From Verrucomicrobiota bacterium (GTDB lineage: Bacteria; Verrucomicrobiota; Verrucomicrobiia; Limisphaerales; AAA164-E04): DNA of 64,000 bases. The translations under genes and the position numbers were made by a program. The stretch lies in NCBI GenBank assembly GCA_047947115.1, contig CP170459.1:4384001-4448000 (forward strand). The letters run 5' to 3'. This document shows, one piece after another, positions 19,879 through 29,398 of this stretch; position 1 is the first letter of the stretch; each line of letters begins with the position of its first letter. The notes below the pieces were generated by a model, which ran no database searches, was not told the DNA's origin, and saw only the letters and a list, made by a program, of their open reading frames with translations.

Positions 19879-21515
19879 GATGCCTGATTCGCTGATTCCG
19901 ATCCCGAATGCCGTGTGAGCACACCGTCTTTCAATGAGTAATGATCTTGAGTGAAAGGACAAATCGCCTCTCCTGAACCCTCCAGAGGCAGATCCAGTTG
20001 TTCACCAAAGGCACTCATCCACCCGATCTGTCTGGCGGGAACTCCTACAACAAGCGCAAAGTCCGGCACGTCCTTATTAACCACTGCTCCGGCGCCAACG
20101 AAGGCATTTTCGCCAATGGTCACTCCACAGACAATCGTGCAATTGGCTCCCAATGTGGCGCCTTTTTTCACCAACGTATCGCGGTATTCGGATTTTCGGC
20201 TTACGGCGGAACGCGGGTTGTATACATTCGTGAATACCATGCTAGGGCCACAAAAAACATCGTCTTCGATGGTGACATTATCGTAAACGGATACGTTGTT
20301 CTGTATCTTTACGCGATTTCCGATCCGGACTTTGTTTCCCACAAAAACATTCTGCCCGAGCGAACATTCCGCTCCAATCACTGCTTTTCCGCAGACATGT
20401 GCAAAGTGCCAGACGCGCGTTGCCTTGCCGATCTGAGCTCCGTCATCAACAATGGCACTGGCATGCACCGTCCAATCTTCCCTGTTGATGCCTGTGGAGG
20501 CGGACTGTTGCAACGTCACCTTCCCTCCATCCGCATCCATACTTTGTTGTGCGCTGTGCAGCACTTTCAACACACGAAGCCCTTCCTCGGCATCGGTTAC
20601 AGGTTGATGACGGTGTTGGCAACAGTCGATAAAATGAGCGCACTCCTCTCGCAGCGGCTCCTTGATTTCAACTTCAATGGCACGCGCCCCCTTACGGTTG
20701 GGAGTGGGAATATGACCTTGTTCCCAGGTCAAATAACGTTCGAACAGCATGAGTTTTTCCGGCCATGGTTTGGTGTCGTCGAACACGGCCATCCCGTCGG
20801 ACCCTACAACGGTCAGTTTCTGTTCTTTGAAAGGATTCAACCAACTGACATAGACATGAGCCTTCAGGCCCCCCTTGAACTTTAAAGCTGTCAGTGTCGT
20901 ATCCGCGACATGTTCCGAAAGGCAATTGCCACCATGACAAGCAATTTCACTGGGCAGTGTGTTGCCTGCCAAAGCGAGAATCACTGAAATATCATGTGGT
21001 GCGAAACTCCAGAGAGCGTTTTCTTCACGCCTGAATTTTCCGAGATTGAGCCGATTGGAGGTGATGTAGTGCAATTTCCCAAGGCACCCCTCCCGGATGA
21101 GTTGCTTCAAAGCGGCAATACAGGGATGGTAATGAAGCAGGTGCCCAACCATCAGTATCCGTCCCTGTTCCCGTGCGAAATCCCTCAATCGGACAGCCTG
21201 GTCCAGATCGAGGCAGATCGGTTTTTCAACATAAACATCCTTACCGGCACTCAGAGCCGCCATGGCAAGCCGGTAATGCAAGGTCGCCGGAGCGGCAATG
21301 GCCACTTTATGGATCCCGGATTGACTCAACACCAAGTCATAATCGGACACCTTGGACACGGATTCGTATCCACCCTGGTAAGTTTCCAGGATTTCCGGAT
21401 TGGAATCACAAATGGTATGGAGAGCACCCAGATCGTTGAAATTGCGCGCCAGGTTTTTCCCCCAGTAACCAGCACCGACCAACGCCAAATCGCTCACTTG
21501 CTTTGTCTCACTCAT
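19875..21515 (-). CDS. Gfo/Idh/MocA oxidoreductase (WbpB/WlbA-like) fused to a WbpD/WlbB-like N-acetyltransferase
   Basis: N-terminus: VGAGYWG, VEKP, RLNLG, APHD. C-terminus: [42 protein letters not shown]. Confidence 0.9.
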   Translation of the reverse strand: MSETKQVSDLALVGAGYWGKNLARNFNDLGALHTICDSNPEILETYQGGYESVSKVSDYDLVLSQSGIHKVAIAAPATLHYRLAMAALSAGKDVYVEKPICLDLDQAVRLRDFAREQGRILMVGHLLHYHPCIAALKQLIREGCLGKLHYITSNRLNLGKFRREENALWSFAPHDISVILALAGNTLPSEIACHGGNCLSEHVADTTLTALKFKGGLKAHVYVSWLNPFKEQKLTVVGSDGMAVFDDTKPWPEKLMLFERYLTWEQGHIPTPNRKGARAIEVEIKEPLREECAHFIDCCQHRHQPVTDAEEGLRVLKVLHSAQQSMDADGGKVTLQQSASTGINREDWTVHASAIVDDGAQIGKATRVWHFAHVCGKAVIGAECSLGQNVFVGNKVRIGNRVKIQNNVSVYDNVTIEDDVFCGPSMVFTNVYNPRSAVSRKSEYRDTLVKKGATLGANCTIVCGVTIGENAFVGAGAVVNKDVPDFALVVGVPARQIGWMSAFGEQLDLPLEGSGEAICPFTQDHYSLKDGVLTRHSGSESANQAS

Positions 21516-21614
21516 TGTGCTGTGCAGTATGTTGGGCGATGAATGCCGGAATCAATCCCCAATTCGGATTCGAAGCCCGATGAAACGGTCCTGCAAAAAA
21601 TCTCCGGGATTATG

Positions 21615-21640
21615 AAAAAGGGGCCTGTACCCAGGCCCCT
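21615..21640 (-). terminator. Rho-independent terminator of the DUF1080 gene
   Basis: Minus strand aggggcctg-ggta-caggcccct followed by tttt, ~35 bp after the stop. Confidence 0.85.
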
Positions 21641-21673
21641 GAAATGCTTTTTAAGAGATCGACCAGAAAACGA

Positions 21674-22471
21674 CTATTCGTCGTAATGACCAAGACTGCG
21701 AATCCAGATATTGCGGAAGCGCATCGGATTGCTGTGGTCCTGAAGTTGGATGGGGCCTTTCGGGGCGTGTTCCTGATCGTAGTTTCCGACGCCGCGATGA
21801 CGTGTTGGGCCGGGGTATTCTTGCTTGTGATGCAACACAACACCGTTGTGAATGACGGTCACATTGGCTTTCTTGACATTCTTTCCATTTTCCCAGCGCG
21901 GGGCTTCGAAAATAATGTCGTAGCTCTGCCAGGCTCCGGGCACCAAGCTGGCGTTGGCCAAAGGCGGACGGTGGCCGTACATGGCACCTACCTGCCCATC
22001 AGCATAAGTGCGGTTGTTCCAGGAATCCAGTACCTGCACTTCGTATTTCCCGTATATGATGACACCGCTGTTGCCGCGTCCCTGGCTGTTGCCTTCCACT
22101 TTGTGCGGGGTGGCAAATTCGAGGTGCAACTGGAAATCTCCAAACTCTTCGCGGGTTTGAATGGATCCGGAGCCAGGCACCACTTCCATGTAGCCGTTTT
22201 CAACCTTCCAGCCGGCAGGTTTGTTGCCGTTCTTCCACTTGGAAAGATCGTGTCCGTCAAAGAGGATCACCGCATCCGAAGGTGCGGGAGCGGAATGACT
22301 GAAGGTGGTTCCAGGCGTAACGGTTTTGGGGGCGGGACGGTCTGGATCATGCACATGCCACTTCTGGCCGGGAATAATCGGGGTATCGGTGTATCCAACA
22401 GGCGCATCGGCTGCCTGAGCAAATGAAACGCCCACACTGAGGGTCGCAAGTATCAGTAATGCTTTTTTCAT
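21674..22471 (-). CDS. DUF1080 (3-keto-disaccharide hydrolase family) protein, exported
   Basis: Signal peptide MKKALLILA; LFDG, GNSGV, YEVQVLDS, LQDH..PMRFRNIW. Confidence 0.9.
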   Translation of the reverse strand: MKKALLILATLSVGVSFAQAADAPVGYTDTPIIPGQKWHVHDPDRPAPKTVTPGTTFSHSAPAPSDAVILFDGHDLSKWKNGNKPAGWKVENGYMEVVPGSGSIQTREEFGDFQLHLEFATPHKVEGNSQGRGNSGVIIYGKYEVQVLDSWNNRTYADGQVGAMYGHRPPLANASLVPGAWQSYDIIFEAPRWENGKNVKKANVTVIHNGVVLHHKQEYPGPTRHRGVGNYDQEHAPKGPIQLQDHSNPMRFRNIWIRSLGHYDE

Positions 22472-22560
22472 AAATGTATCGGGTGATTTAAGTGCCGTTC
22501 TTTTTCTCAATTCAACCCAACAAACGCAAGCAAGCATTTCGCGGAAATTCAAACTTGGAT

Positions 22561-22577
22561 TTGCAAAGCTACTGCCT
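22561..22577 (-). promoter_or_regulatory. Putative sigma54 promoter of the DUF1080 gene
   Basis: Minus strand AGGCAGTAGCTTTGCAA: GG-N10-GC with GGCA and TTGCA, ~90 bp upstream of the start. Confidence 0.45.
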
Positions 22578-22585
22578 GCTGGTTC

Positions 22586-22723
22586 TGAACCGCGCAGATT
22601 TGCGCATCAAACCATGTATACCATAAAACGGTTAGCGTCATTCAACGAAAAATGTCTCAACGTCCTGAATCTCCGAGCCCCATGTTTTCAATTCTGCGAG
22701 CATCTCCGTCTATCTGCGGTTCA
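22586..22723. repeat. Degenerate spaced inverted repeat (aaccgcagat/atctgcggtt type)
   Basis: tgaaccgc(gc)agat at 22586-22599 and atctgcggttca at 22712-22723. Confidence 0.45.
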
Positions 22724-22748
22724 AATAAGTAGAAACACAGGAGTCCGC

Positions 22749-23843
22749 TCAATCTCGACCTATAATGAATGATTCCCCAAACACGGCATGACGGACGGTC
22801 GTGCGTTCATCGGACGTAAACACAACGTGAATCAAACCATCAGGAGTCTGCAAAGCGGTTGGGTAAGCAAAAGATCCTTCGCCCGACATCAGATCCCGTT
22901 TATAAGGGAAGGTTTCTCCTCCATCCGTGGAAATCGCACAGGTCAGAGGTGTTCGATCATCCATGCTGTTGTTGTAAACAAAGAGCAAATGGCCATTGGC
23001 CAATCGGATCAGTTCAACCGCGGCATTCGGATTGGGAAAGGTTGTTTCAACACCTTGTGACCAGGTTCGGCCATTGTCGCGTGATTCGGTTTTCACCACA
23101 TATCCGTCATCACCCGGCTCGTAATCTCCGCCTCGACGGCAAAAAGCAAGCAGCCGATTGTCTTCCAAAGCAACCACTGCTGCCTGTAGATTGCCCATGC
23201 GGGAATAAACCTTGTTGGATTTGGACCATTTCCCTGCAACCGGATCGAAACGCAGAAACAGGGACGATGTGTCGGCGCCAGTTTTTTCAGTGTCATTGCC
23301 TGTTTCGTGGTAAATGGGAAGCAGGAAATGACCGTCATTCAATGCAATGGGCCGGCTTCGAACCATGGTCCCCTCCTCAAATGTCACTACAAATGCATCG
23401 GACCAGGTCTGGCAGCGATCTTTTGAAACCTTCGCCATGATTCGGGAGGTCGACCAGGTATCGCCGAAACGAACGACAAAAAACAACCAGACAGTTCCAT
23501 TGGGATCCTGCCAGATGACGGGGTTTCCCATCGACTGGTACGGATTGCTGGCAATCGGCACCGGCGCTGACCAATGATCCGAGCCTTTTGCCTTGCGGGA
23601 TCCGTAGACGGCCGTGTCCCACGCGTATTCACCCTTCCCACCGTAATAGGCAAGATACAGGTCTCCATTGTCCAGGGATTCGAAGGAAGATGGATGTTTG
23701 TAGGTTCCGGTATTTGTCTCCGGACCGAAAACTTTTTCGATCCAGACACCTTCGGCAGCGTGAGTCAATGTTGCAGACAGGTCGGTGATAACCGCCAAGG
23801 AAACGGCCATCAAAAAACGTTTGAATATGGGACTTATGTTCAT
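22749..23843 (-). CDS. Sialidase-family (BNR/Asp-box) beta-propeller protein, exported
   Basis: Asp boxes SKDRCQTWS, SRDNGRTWS, STDGGETF; GNPV, NPNA, DRTPL, AYP. Start trimmed to MNISPIF. Confidence 0.85.
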   Translation of the reverse strand: MNISPIFKRFLMAVSLAVITDLSATLTHAAEGVWIEKVFGPETNTGTYKHPSSFESLDNGDLYLAYYGGKGEYAWDTAVYGSRKAKGSDHWSAPVPIASNPYQSMGNPVIWQDPNGTVWLFFVVRFGDTWSTSRIMAKVSKDRCQTWSDAFVVTFEEGTMVRSRPIALNDGHFLLPIYHETGNDTEKTGADTSSLFLRFDPVAGKWSKSNKVYSRMGNLQAAVVALEDNRLLAFCRRGGDYEPGDDGYVVKTESRDNGRTWSQGVETTFPNPNAAVELIRLANGHLLFVYNNSMDDRTPLTCAISTDGGETFPYKRDLMSGEGSFAYPTALQTPDGLIHVVFTSDERTTVRHAVFGESFIIGRD

Positions 23844-23875
23844 GAATACTTTTACGGGTGTGTATGCGGAATTGC

Positions 23876-26584
23876 TTAAGGTTTGGGTAAAGAAGTCTTT
23901 TCCATCGGCAGTTGATCTTTCCATTGATTCATCATCTGGAGCCATTCGTCGCCACTGGCGGGCAGAAGTTCAGTCAGGTAATTCGAAAACTTTTCGGCAT
24001 GCTCCCAGTCTTTGGTGATTTCAAAAATCTTCATGGCATGAACGCCCGCTTCACGAACCCAAAACGCGTCAGGAGTGACGCCACGTGGAAGATTCTTCAT
24101 ATAAACCACCGTCAAGTAGTGTTCGAGGGCTTCGTTCAATAATTGGCGACGCCCGGGGCCTGTAACGGATTCGGCCATGCGCTCCTTGACGCGCCCAATT
24201 GAAACGTCGAGCTGACTCAACATGGAAATGCTGAGCCCCTCGGAGCGGATCGCTTGATTGTATCCATTCAAAGCTTCTGCATAATCCTCACCCAGAAAGT
24301 AATGCAGGTCCCCATATCTTCCCCAAGCTTTCGCCTGCCATCGGTTGGGGACGGAGAAAACGTTCAGGTACCTTGAAATGGCTATTATGATGTCCTCTTT
24401 ATTGGGAGGACTCGATTGAATGGCGCGCTCAAAATAGGCATCTCCCAGACAGAGCAACGTTTCACCTGCAAAGTCCTTCCCCAAAGCTTCAAGTGCCTCA
24501 AAAGCGGGTGTATCAGCTTCCTTTTTGGTGAAAGGATTCCACAGATCCAGTGTGGTAATCACTCCTTCATAATCGGACATGAAAAAGCGACATTTGGCCA
24601 TCATTAATCGAGCCTCAGCCGCTTGTTTGGGCGAAGTCTGCTTCAAGTCCTGCGCAACCGATTGATAATGCGCCTCTGCTTGTTCAAAATCCTGAACATT
24701 GAAGTAATAATCCCCAATCCAGTTCTGTGCCCTGGGAGTGAGAGCATGTCCGTCATGCTGTATCACGAACTGCTGGAATTGTGCCAAAGCCTGTTCATCG
24801 TTCCCCAAACGATCGTTCACCCAGGCACGTGCATACTCTGCTTTGGGCCGGTCGGGATGAGCAGGATACGTTTGCAGCCATGATTCATAAGCTTTCAGGG
24901 CCAATCGCCAATCCCCTTCTTGCTCATACGTATGTGCCAAGGCCAGGGAAACTTCCGGTTTAAGGGGAAAATCACCGAACTGCTCCAGCATCTGCTTGAA
25001 AACTTCCCTAGCATCAGAGGTCCGCCCTACGTGCACCAGACGTTGTCCAAACAACAAACGGCTTCGCTGAGCCAACGGACCGTGGGGATATTGAACAAGA
25101 AGCCGTTGCGCGGCGGTTGTGGCACTTTCCAGATCATCGGCAGCAATGGCGGCACGCAACATTTGATACAATGCCTGGTCAAACAGTTTTTCCCTGACCT
25201 GCTCGTAATTTTCGTAATCCCTGAGCAGGGACGTGTATTTCAGCAATGCTTCCTTTGCCTTGTCCGCCCGGAGCAACAGGTCAGCGGTTTTGAAGACCGA
25301 CTCGGCTTGTTCAACGGATTTTTCGAGCAAACTTGCTGAAGATTCAAACGCAGCAAGACACTGGGAATATTCTCCCTGTTCCCATAAGCACCAGCCCAGA
25401 GCATACTGCGCACGCCCCCGATAAGTGGATTGAGGGAACGATTTCAAAAGAGTCTCCAGGTGACGTCGTGCGGAAACCAGCAAATCTCCGGGACTGCTGG
25501 CTGGAACTTGTTGTTTCAGCTTCTCATCCCCAAAATACCGCTTGAGATAAATCTCTCCCAGAGTCAAATGAACCACATCCACAGATGCGTCTGATCCAGA
25601 CGAAATCAGCATCTCTTCCAACATTTCAATGACTGTTTGAAGGCGCTCCTGGAGCAGATTTAATTCGATAATTTTCAGACGAGCTTCGCGACGACGCCTT
25701 TCAGGAGTTTTGGGTTTGAGATTCTCCTGATATGTTTTCAGTGCTTCCTCCATCAGCCCGTTCGCGCGCAGCACATCGCCCTTCAACGCCACGGACTCGG
25801 CAATCCAGTCTTCAGATTCGGTCGTCCCGGCCCACGCCAGGAGTCGGGTGGCACTTTGTGTGGCTTCCATCAGTTTCCCTTCAGCCAGGAGAAGTTGGGT
25901 TAATAAAAACTCCAGACGCCAGACCAGTTCATTACTCAAAGACCAATCGGGAATCGCATCCAGAACCGACTTGGATTGCTCAAATTCCTCCAACTTCAAC
26001 CACGTCTCCGCCAACAACAATTTACCCTTCAGACGCAAGGCGGTGGCTTTGGGATCACCAGAGGTTTCAGTTTGGATGGATGCCATCGGAAAAGGCGCGT
26101 TCGGATTGGTGAGCAATTCCGCAACGCGCCCGTATTGACGCATCTGGAACCGACTCCAAGCCTCTCCAAAGGCATACTCCAAGCGTTGATTCGACTCGGG
26201 AAAGTCCCTGAGCAGCTGAGAGTAGTACTGGGATGCCATCGAAAAATCCTGATCCTGCACAGCCTGTTCAGCCCCGGACCACAATACATACTCCTGCACC
26301 CGGCCCTTGATGGAAAGCTCAGGATTCTCCTCCACCCAATCTTGAAATGCTGTTTTGGCCTGTTTATAGAATCCATCCTCAAACAAACGCACTCCTGCCT
26401 GAAACACAGATATTGGATCAGGCGCCAAACCAGCAGGTGCCGCAGCATCCGGAACTTCGACATCCTGAGCCAAAGAGCAAAAAGATATCAGAGACAGGCA
26501 TCCCGCCAGCACCAAAGAGGCGCAGACAACCCTGGTTTGTGGATACCAAGTCAGAGTTTTCCTTGTAAATTCCAATCTATTCAT
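23876..26584 (-). CDS. Large exported tetratricopeptide-repeat protein
   Basis: Signal peptide; many 'L...FP.S....A...LG' TPR/BamD-like repeats. Confidence 0.85.
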   Translation of the reverse strand: MNRLEFTRKTLTWYPQTRVVCASLVLAGCLSLISFCSLAQDVEVPDAAAPAGLAPDPISVFQAGVRLFEDGFYKQAKTAFQDWVEENPELSIKGRVQEYVLWSGAEQAVQDQDFSMASQYYSQLLRDFPESNQRLEYAFGEAWSRFQMRQYGRVAELLTNPNAPFPMASIQTETSGDPKATALRLKGKLLLAETWLKLEEFEQSKSVLDAIPDWSLSNELVWRLEFLLTQLLLAEGKLMEATQSATRLLAWAGTTESEDWIAESVALKGDVLRANGLMEEALKTYQENLKPKTPERRRREARLKIIELNLLQERLQTVIEMLEEMLISSGSDASVDVVHLTLGEIYLKRYFGDEKLKQQVPASSPGDLLVSARRHLETLLKSFPQSTYRGRAQYALGWCLWEQGEYSQCLAAFESSASLLEKSVEQAESVFKTADLLLRADKAKEALLKYTSLLRDYENYEQVREKLFDQALYQMLRAAIAADDLESATTAAQRLLVQYPHGPLAQRSRLLFGQRLVHVGRTSDAREVFKQMLEQFGDFPLKPEVSLALAHTYEQEGDWRLALKAYESWLQTYPAHPDRPKAEYARAWVNDRLGNDEQALAQFQQFVIQHDGHALTPRAQNWIGDYYFNVQDFEQAEAHYQSVAQDLKQTSPKQAAEARLMMAKCRFFMSDYEGVITTLDLWNPFTKKEADTPAFEALEALGKDFAGETLLCLGDAYFERAIQSSPPNKEDIIIAISRYLNVFSVPNRWQAKAWGRYGDLHYFLGEDYAEALNGYNQAIRSEGLSISMLSQLDVSIGRVKERMAESVTGPGRRQLLNEALEHYLTVVYMKNLPRGVTPDAFWVREAGVHAMKIFEITKDWEHAEKFSNYLTELLPASGDEWLQMMNQWKDQLPMEKTSLPKP

Positions 26585-26789
26585 GCCGGGACATTGACCA
26601 AAAATTAATCTCCGCCACTTATTTTACCGTCTAACAACGTGAGCCAAACAAATAGCAAAGCTGGTCAAAACATACCAGCGTCTCCCGAACAGTCACTCTT
26701 AAAACCAAAAACCATTTCCAATGACAGACACAAAATTGTAACTTCCCCGTAACAAACGCGGTCGTAACTTCAAATCTTAAATAATAGCC

Positions 26790-28706
26790 ATGGGTATTTC
26801 AGGAACAAAACCAGGATTCATCACACACACCGCAACGCTTTTCCAATACGCTTGTGTCACGCTGCTGGCAGGACTGTTTTCCATCGCCTTGATGCATGCA
26901 GCAGCATTCAAATCAGAAGAACTTTTTATCCCTGAACACCTTCTGGAAATCGATATCAAATTATCCTCCGAAGACTGGGACAGCCTCAGACAGGAGAGCA
27001 GCATGGGAACGGGTGGATTTGGCAGGATGTTTGGTGGAGGAAACTCCGATGAAAAACGCTTCCATCAATATCGGGCGGAGATCACGATTGATGGAGTGAC
27101 CATCAGGGATGTAGGAATTCGTACCAAAGGATTCATTGGGTCTCTTGATCAAGATCGCCCATCGTTGAAGGTCAAATTCGACGAATATGTCGACCAATCC
27201 CCCATCGAAGGATTGGATCGACTCACTTTAAACAACAACAAGCAGGACGGATCCCTTGCCAGTCAGTTCCTGACCTACAAACTCTTCAACAAGGCAGGCA
27301 TCCCCGCCCCACGAGTCAGTTACGCCAAAGTGACCGTCAACGGCGAGTATCTCGGTGTTTACTCCCATGTTGAATCAGTGCGCAGTCCGTTTTTGAAACG
27401 ACACTTTGGGGATGATTCGGGTGAGTTTTACGAAGGTACGATCAAGGATTTCTATCCTGACGCAGTAGAGGAAATCGAAGCCAAAAACAAACGCACCGAA
27501 AAAGACCGCAGCCATGCCAGGAAGCTGGCAAACATACTGAAAACACAGGATAACGCCACGTTGGAAGCTTTGGAAAAAAGGATGAACATCGATCAATTCA
27601 TCCGCTTCTGGGCCATGGAGAGTCTTCTGGGGTTCTGGGATGGATATACCAACAATCAAAACAACTACTTTGCCTACTCCAACCCAAAGGACAGCGACCG
27701 CTTCTACTTCATGCCCTGGGGAGCCGATGGAGCCTTTGCTCCCGGTGGTGGGCCCTTTAATCGTTTCCGGGAAGGAAATGGCCCCACCCCGCCCAAATCT
27801 GTTTACAGTCAGAGCATGCTGGCCAACCGGCTCTATCAAATAGATGAGATCAAAATGAAATACAAAACCGTCATGGAAGACCTGCTGAAGCATGTCTGGG
27901 ATGAAGCGGAGATCGAAGCAGACGTGAAAAAAATCCGAGCGCTCACCAAAGGACACCTTCATTCTTTCCAGGAAGAAGGCAACTCTCGTTTCGGGCGGGG
28001 CGGGTTCGGAGGCGGTATGGGGGGTGGCGGCATCGAAAACGGCATCAAAGAACTTTTAGATTTTGTGAAGGAAAGACGGACCGAAATCGAATCCGAACTC
28101 AACAGTTGGCCGGTGACTTTGGTCGACAACGAACCCCGCATTCCTCAGCACACTGTCACCATCGGTAAAGTGGAAGGACGTTTCGAAACCGCCTGGCACG
28201 CCACACGGCTTGATGACGTTGTTGATGAGGGAAAAACAGACATCAAAATCATCCTGAACGACGAGCCAGTGAAGCTTTCCAAGTTGGCAGTGGTAGGTCA
28301 ATGGGAACCTGAACGCAATTCAAGAGGATTTGGTGATTTCAGAGGTCGTGGCAGAGGAAACTCCAATCCTCCTCCTCAAAGGGCAACCATCACTTTCCAG
28401 GGAACAAGGGAGAGCGACGGACAACAGCTCAACCTGACGCTCACCTTGAATCAGGACGATTTTGATCCAGGCAAAAAGAACAATGACTTTGAAGGTTCCC
28501 TGCAATTCCTCGACACCAATGAATCCCAAAATACCGGCCGAGGATTTCCTCCGTTTGGTGGCCCCATGGGTTGGACCTTGTCAGGCAAATTGAAGTTGAA
28601 GGAAGCCGGCATGAACGACGGGGACAAAGTGGAAGGCACCCTGGAATGCAAGATCCAGGAATCCCGCGGAGGCATGTTCGGCGGCCGAGGAAGACGAGGC
28701 CGATGA
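26790..28706 (+). CDS. CotH kinase-family protein with Gly/Arg/Phe-rich inserts
   Basis: VGIRTKG, PSLKVKF, LTLNN, YLGVY.HVE, WDGY..NQNNY, FMPWGAD. Confidence 0.9.
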   Translation: MGISGTKPGFITHTATLFQYACVTLLAGLFSIALMHAAAFKSEELFIPEHLLEIDIKLSSEDWDSLRQESSMGTGGFGRMFGGGNSDEKRFHQYRAEITIDGVTIRDVGIRTKGFIGSLDQDRPSLKVKFDEYVDQSPIEGLDRLTLNNNKQDGSLASQFLTYKLFNKAGIPAPRVSYAKVTVNGEYLGVYSHVESVRSPFLKRHFGDDSGEFYEGTIKDFYPDAVEEIEAKNKRTEKDRSHARKLANILKTQDNATLEALEKRMNIDQFIRFWAMESLLGFWDGYTNNQNNYFAYSNPKDSDRFYFMPWGADGAFAPGGGPFNRFREGNGPTPPKSVYSQSMLANRLYQIDEIKMKYKTVMEDLLKHVWDEAEIEADVKKIRALTKGHLHSFQEEGNSRFGRGGFGGGMGGGGIENGIKELLDFVKERRTEIESELNSWPVTLVDNEPRIPQHTVTIGKVEGRFETAWHATRLDDVVDEGKTDIKIILNDEPVKLSKLAVVGQWEPERNSRGFGDFRGRGRGNSNPPPQRATITFQGTRESDGQQLNLTLTLNQDDFDPGKKNNDFEGSLQFLDTNESQNTGRGFPPFGGPMGWTLSGKLKLKEAGMNDGDKVEGTLECKIQESRGGMFGGRGRRGR

Positions 28707-28732
28707 TGATCATTTGATGCTGATTCCTCCCC

Positions 28733-28759
28733 GGTAGGGACCTGCTGCTGCAGGTCCGC
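28733..28759 (+). repeat. GTAG-type REP-like palindrome
   Basis: GTAG followed by a perfect 8-bp stem ggacctgc-tgct-gcaggtcc. Confidence 0.6.
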
Positions 28760-28891
28760 GAGCGCGCCAGAACATAAGAAAACCTGTGGCCTGATGCGGA
28801 AACAATGACGGACGGGTAGCAACCTGGGCGCAACCATTTCATTTGAAAACCTTTGGGACTTGCCTGCGTCCCTGGTATGCGCACCAAGTCC

Positions 28892-28917
28892 AAAGCGGCG
28901 ATGCTCGCCGCACTCCA
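28892..28917. repeat. REP-like palindrome (aaagcggcga...tcgccgcactcc; GGAG foot on the minus strand)
   Basis: 7-bp stem gcggcga/tcgccgc with flanks aaa and actcca. Confidence 0.55.
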
Positions 28918-29092
28918 GGGTGGCTTCATTGCAGAAGCCTGTGGAATTGGGAATCCATGCAGCTCCCCCCTTGCTTCGAGAGGTTCTCTGCATTACCAGA
29001 ATACGCCCTGACAGCATGCCATATTCAGTTTCGGAGGTCACAGGAGATGCGAACGAGGGGTTGCGTATTTGTTGGTTGTCCATAGGCTTTAA

Positions 29093-29314
29093 ACCCGGCA
29101 ACAGGAAACCAAACATCATCACCCAACCCAGGCACAAATCTTTCGATCCATGGCCCTTGCCCAATTGGACAGAAAATCAGAAGCGCTGGATGCTTACCAT
29201 GTGGCATTATCGACCGCTGTTGAAAGAATGAATGCGACTGAAGACATGATCCAACGCTACTTCAGCGAGTGCACATCATTGTTGCAAGAAAAAGGATATT
29301 TATCAGCAGAATGA
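29093..29314 (+). pseudogene. Probable 3' remnant of a TPR-bearing gene, or a 54-aa small protein from ATG 29150
   Basis: Open frame ..QAQIFRSMALAQLDRKSEALDAYHVALSTA..YFSECTSLLQEKGYLSAE* reads like a terminal TPR helix pair. Not in the ORF track. Confidence 0.45.
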
Positions 29315-29347
29315 ACCGCTCAAACTGAACATCAACACCCATGACAC

Positions 29348-29396
29348 AAAAACTCCGCGCCTCTGCGTCTCGAGCGCAGCGGGCGTGAGTTTTTTT
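29348..29396. terminator. Hairpin with A/T tails (bidirectional terminator built from a REP-like motif)
   Basis: aaaaactc-cgcgcctctgcg-tctcgag-cgcagcgggcgt-gagttttttt, adjacent to the stop at 29399. Confidence 0.65.
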
Positions 29397-29398
29397 AA

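Noticed and set aside
19875..22471. DUF1080 plus Gfo/Idh/MocA as a 3-ketoglycoside catabolic operon
   Set aside because: A strong terminator (21615-21640) separates them, and the oxidoreductase is fused to a WbpD-like biosynthetic acetyltransferase.
28451..29231. ORFs 28451-29164 (-), 28843-29085 (+) and 28860-29231 (+)
   Set aside because: They cross REP-like palindromes or overlap cotH antisense, and have no protein-like motifs.
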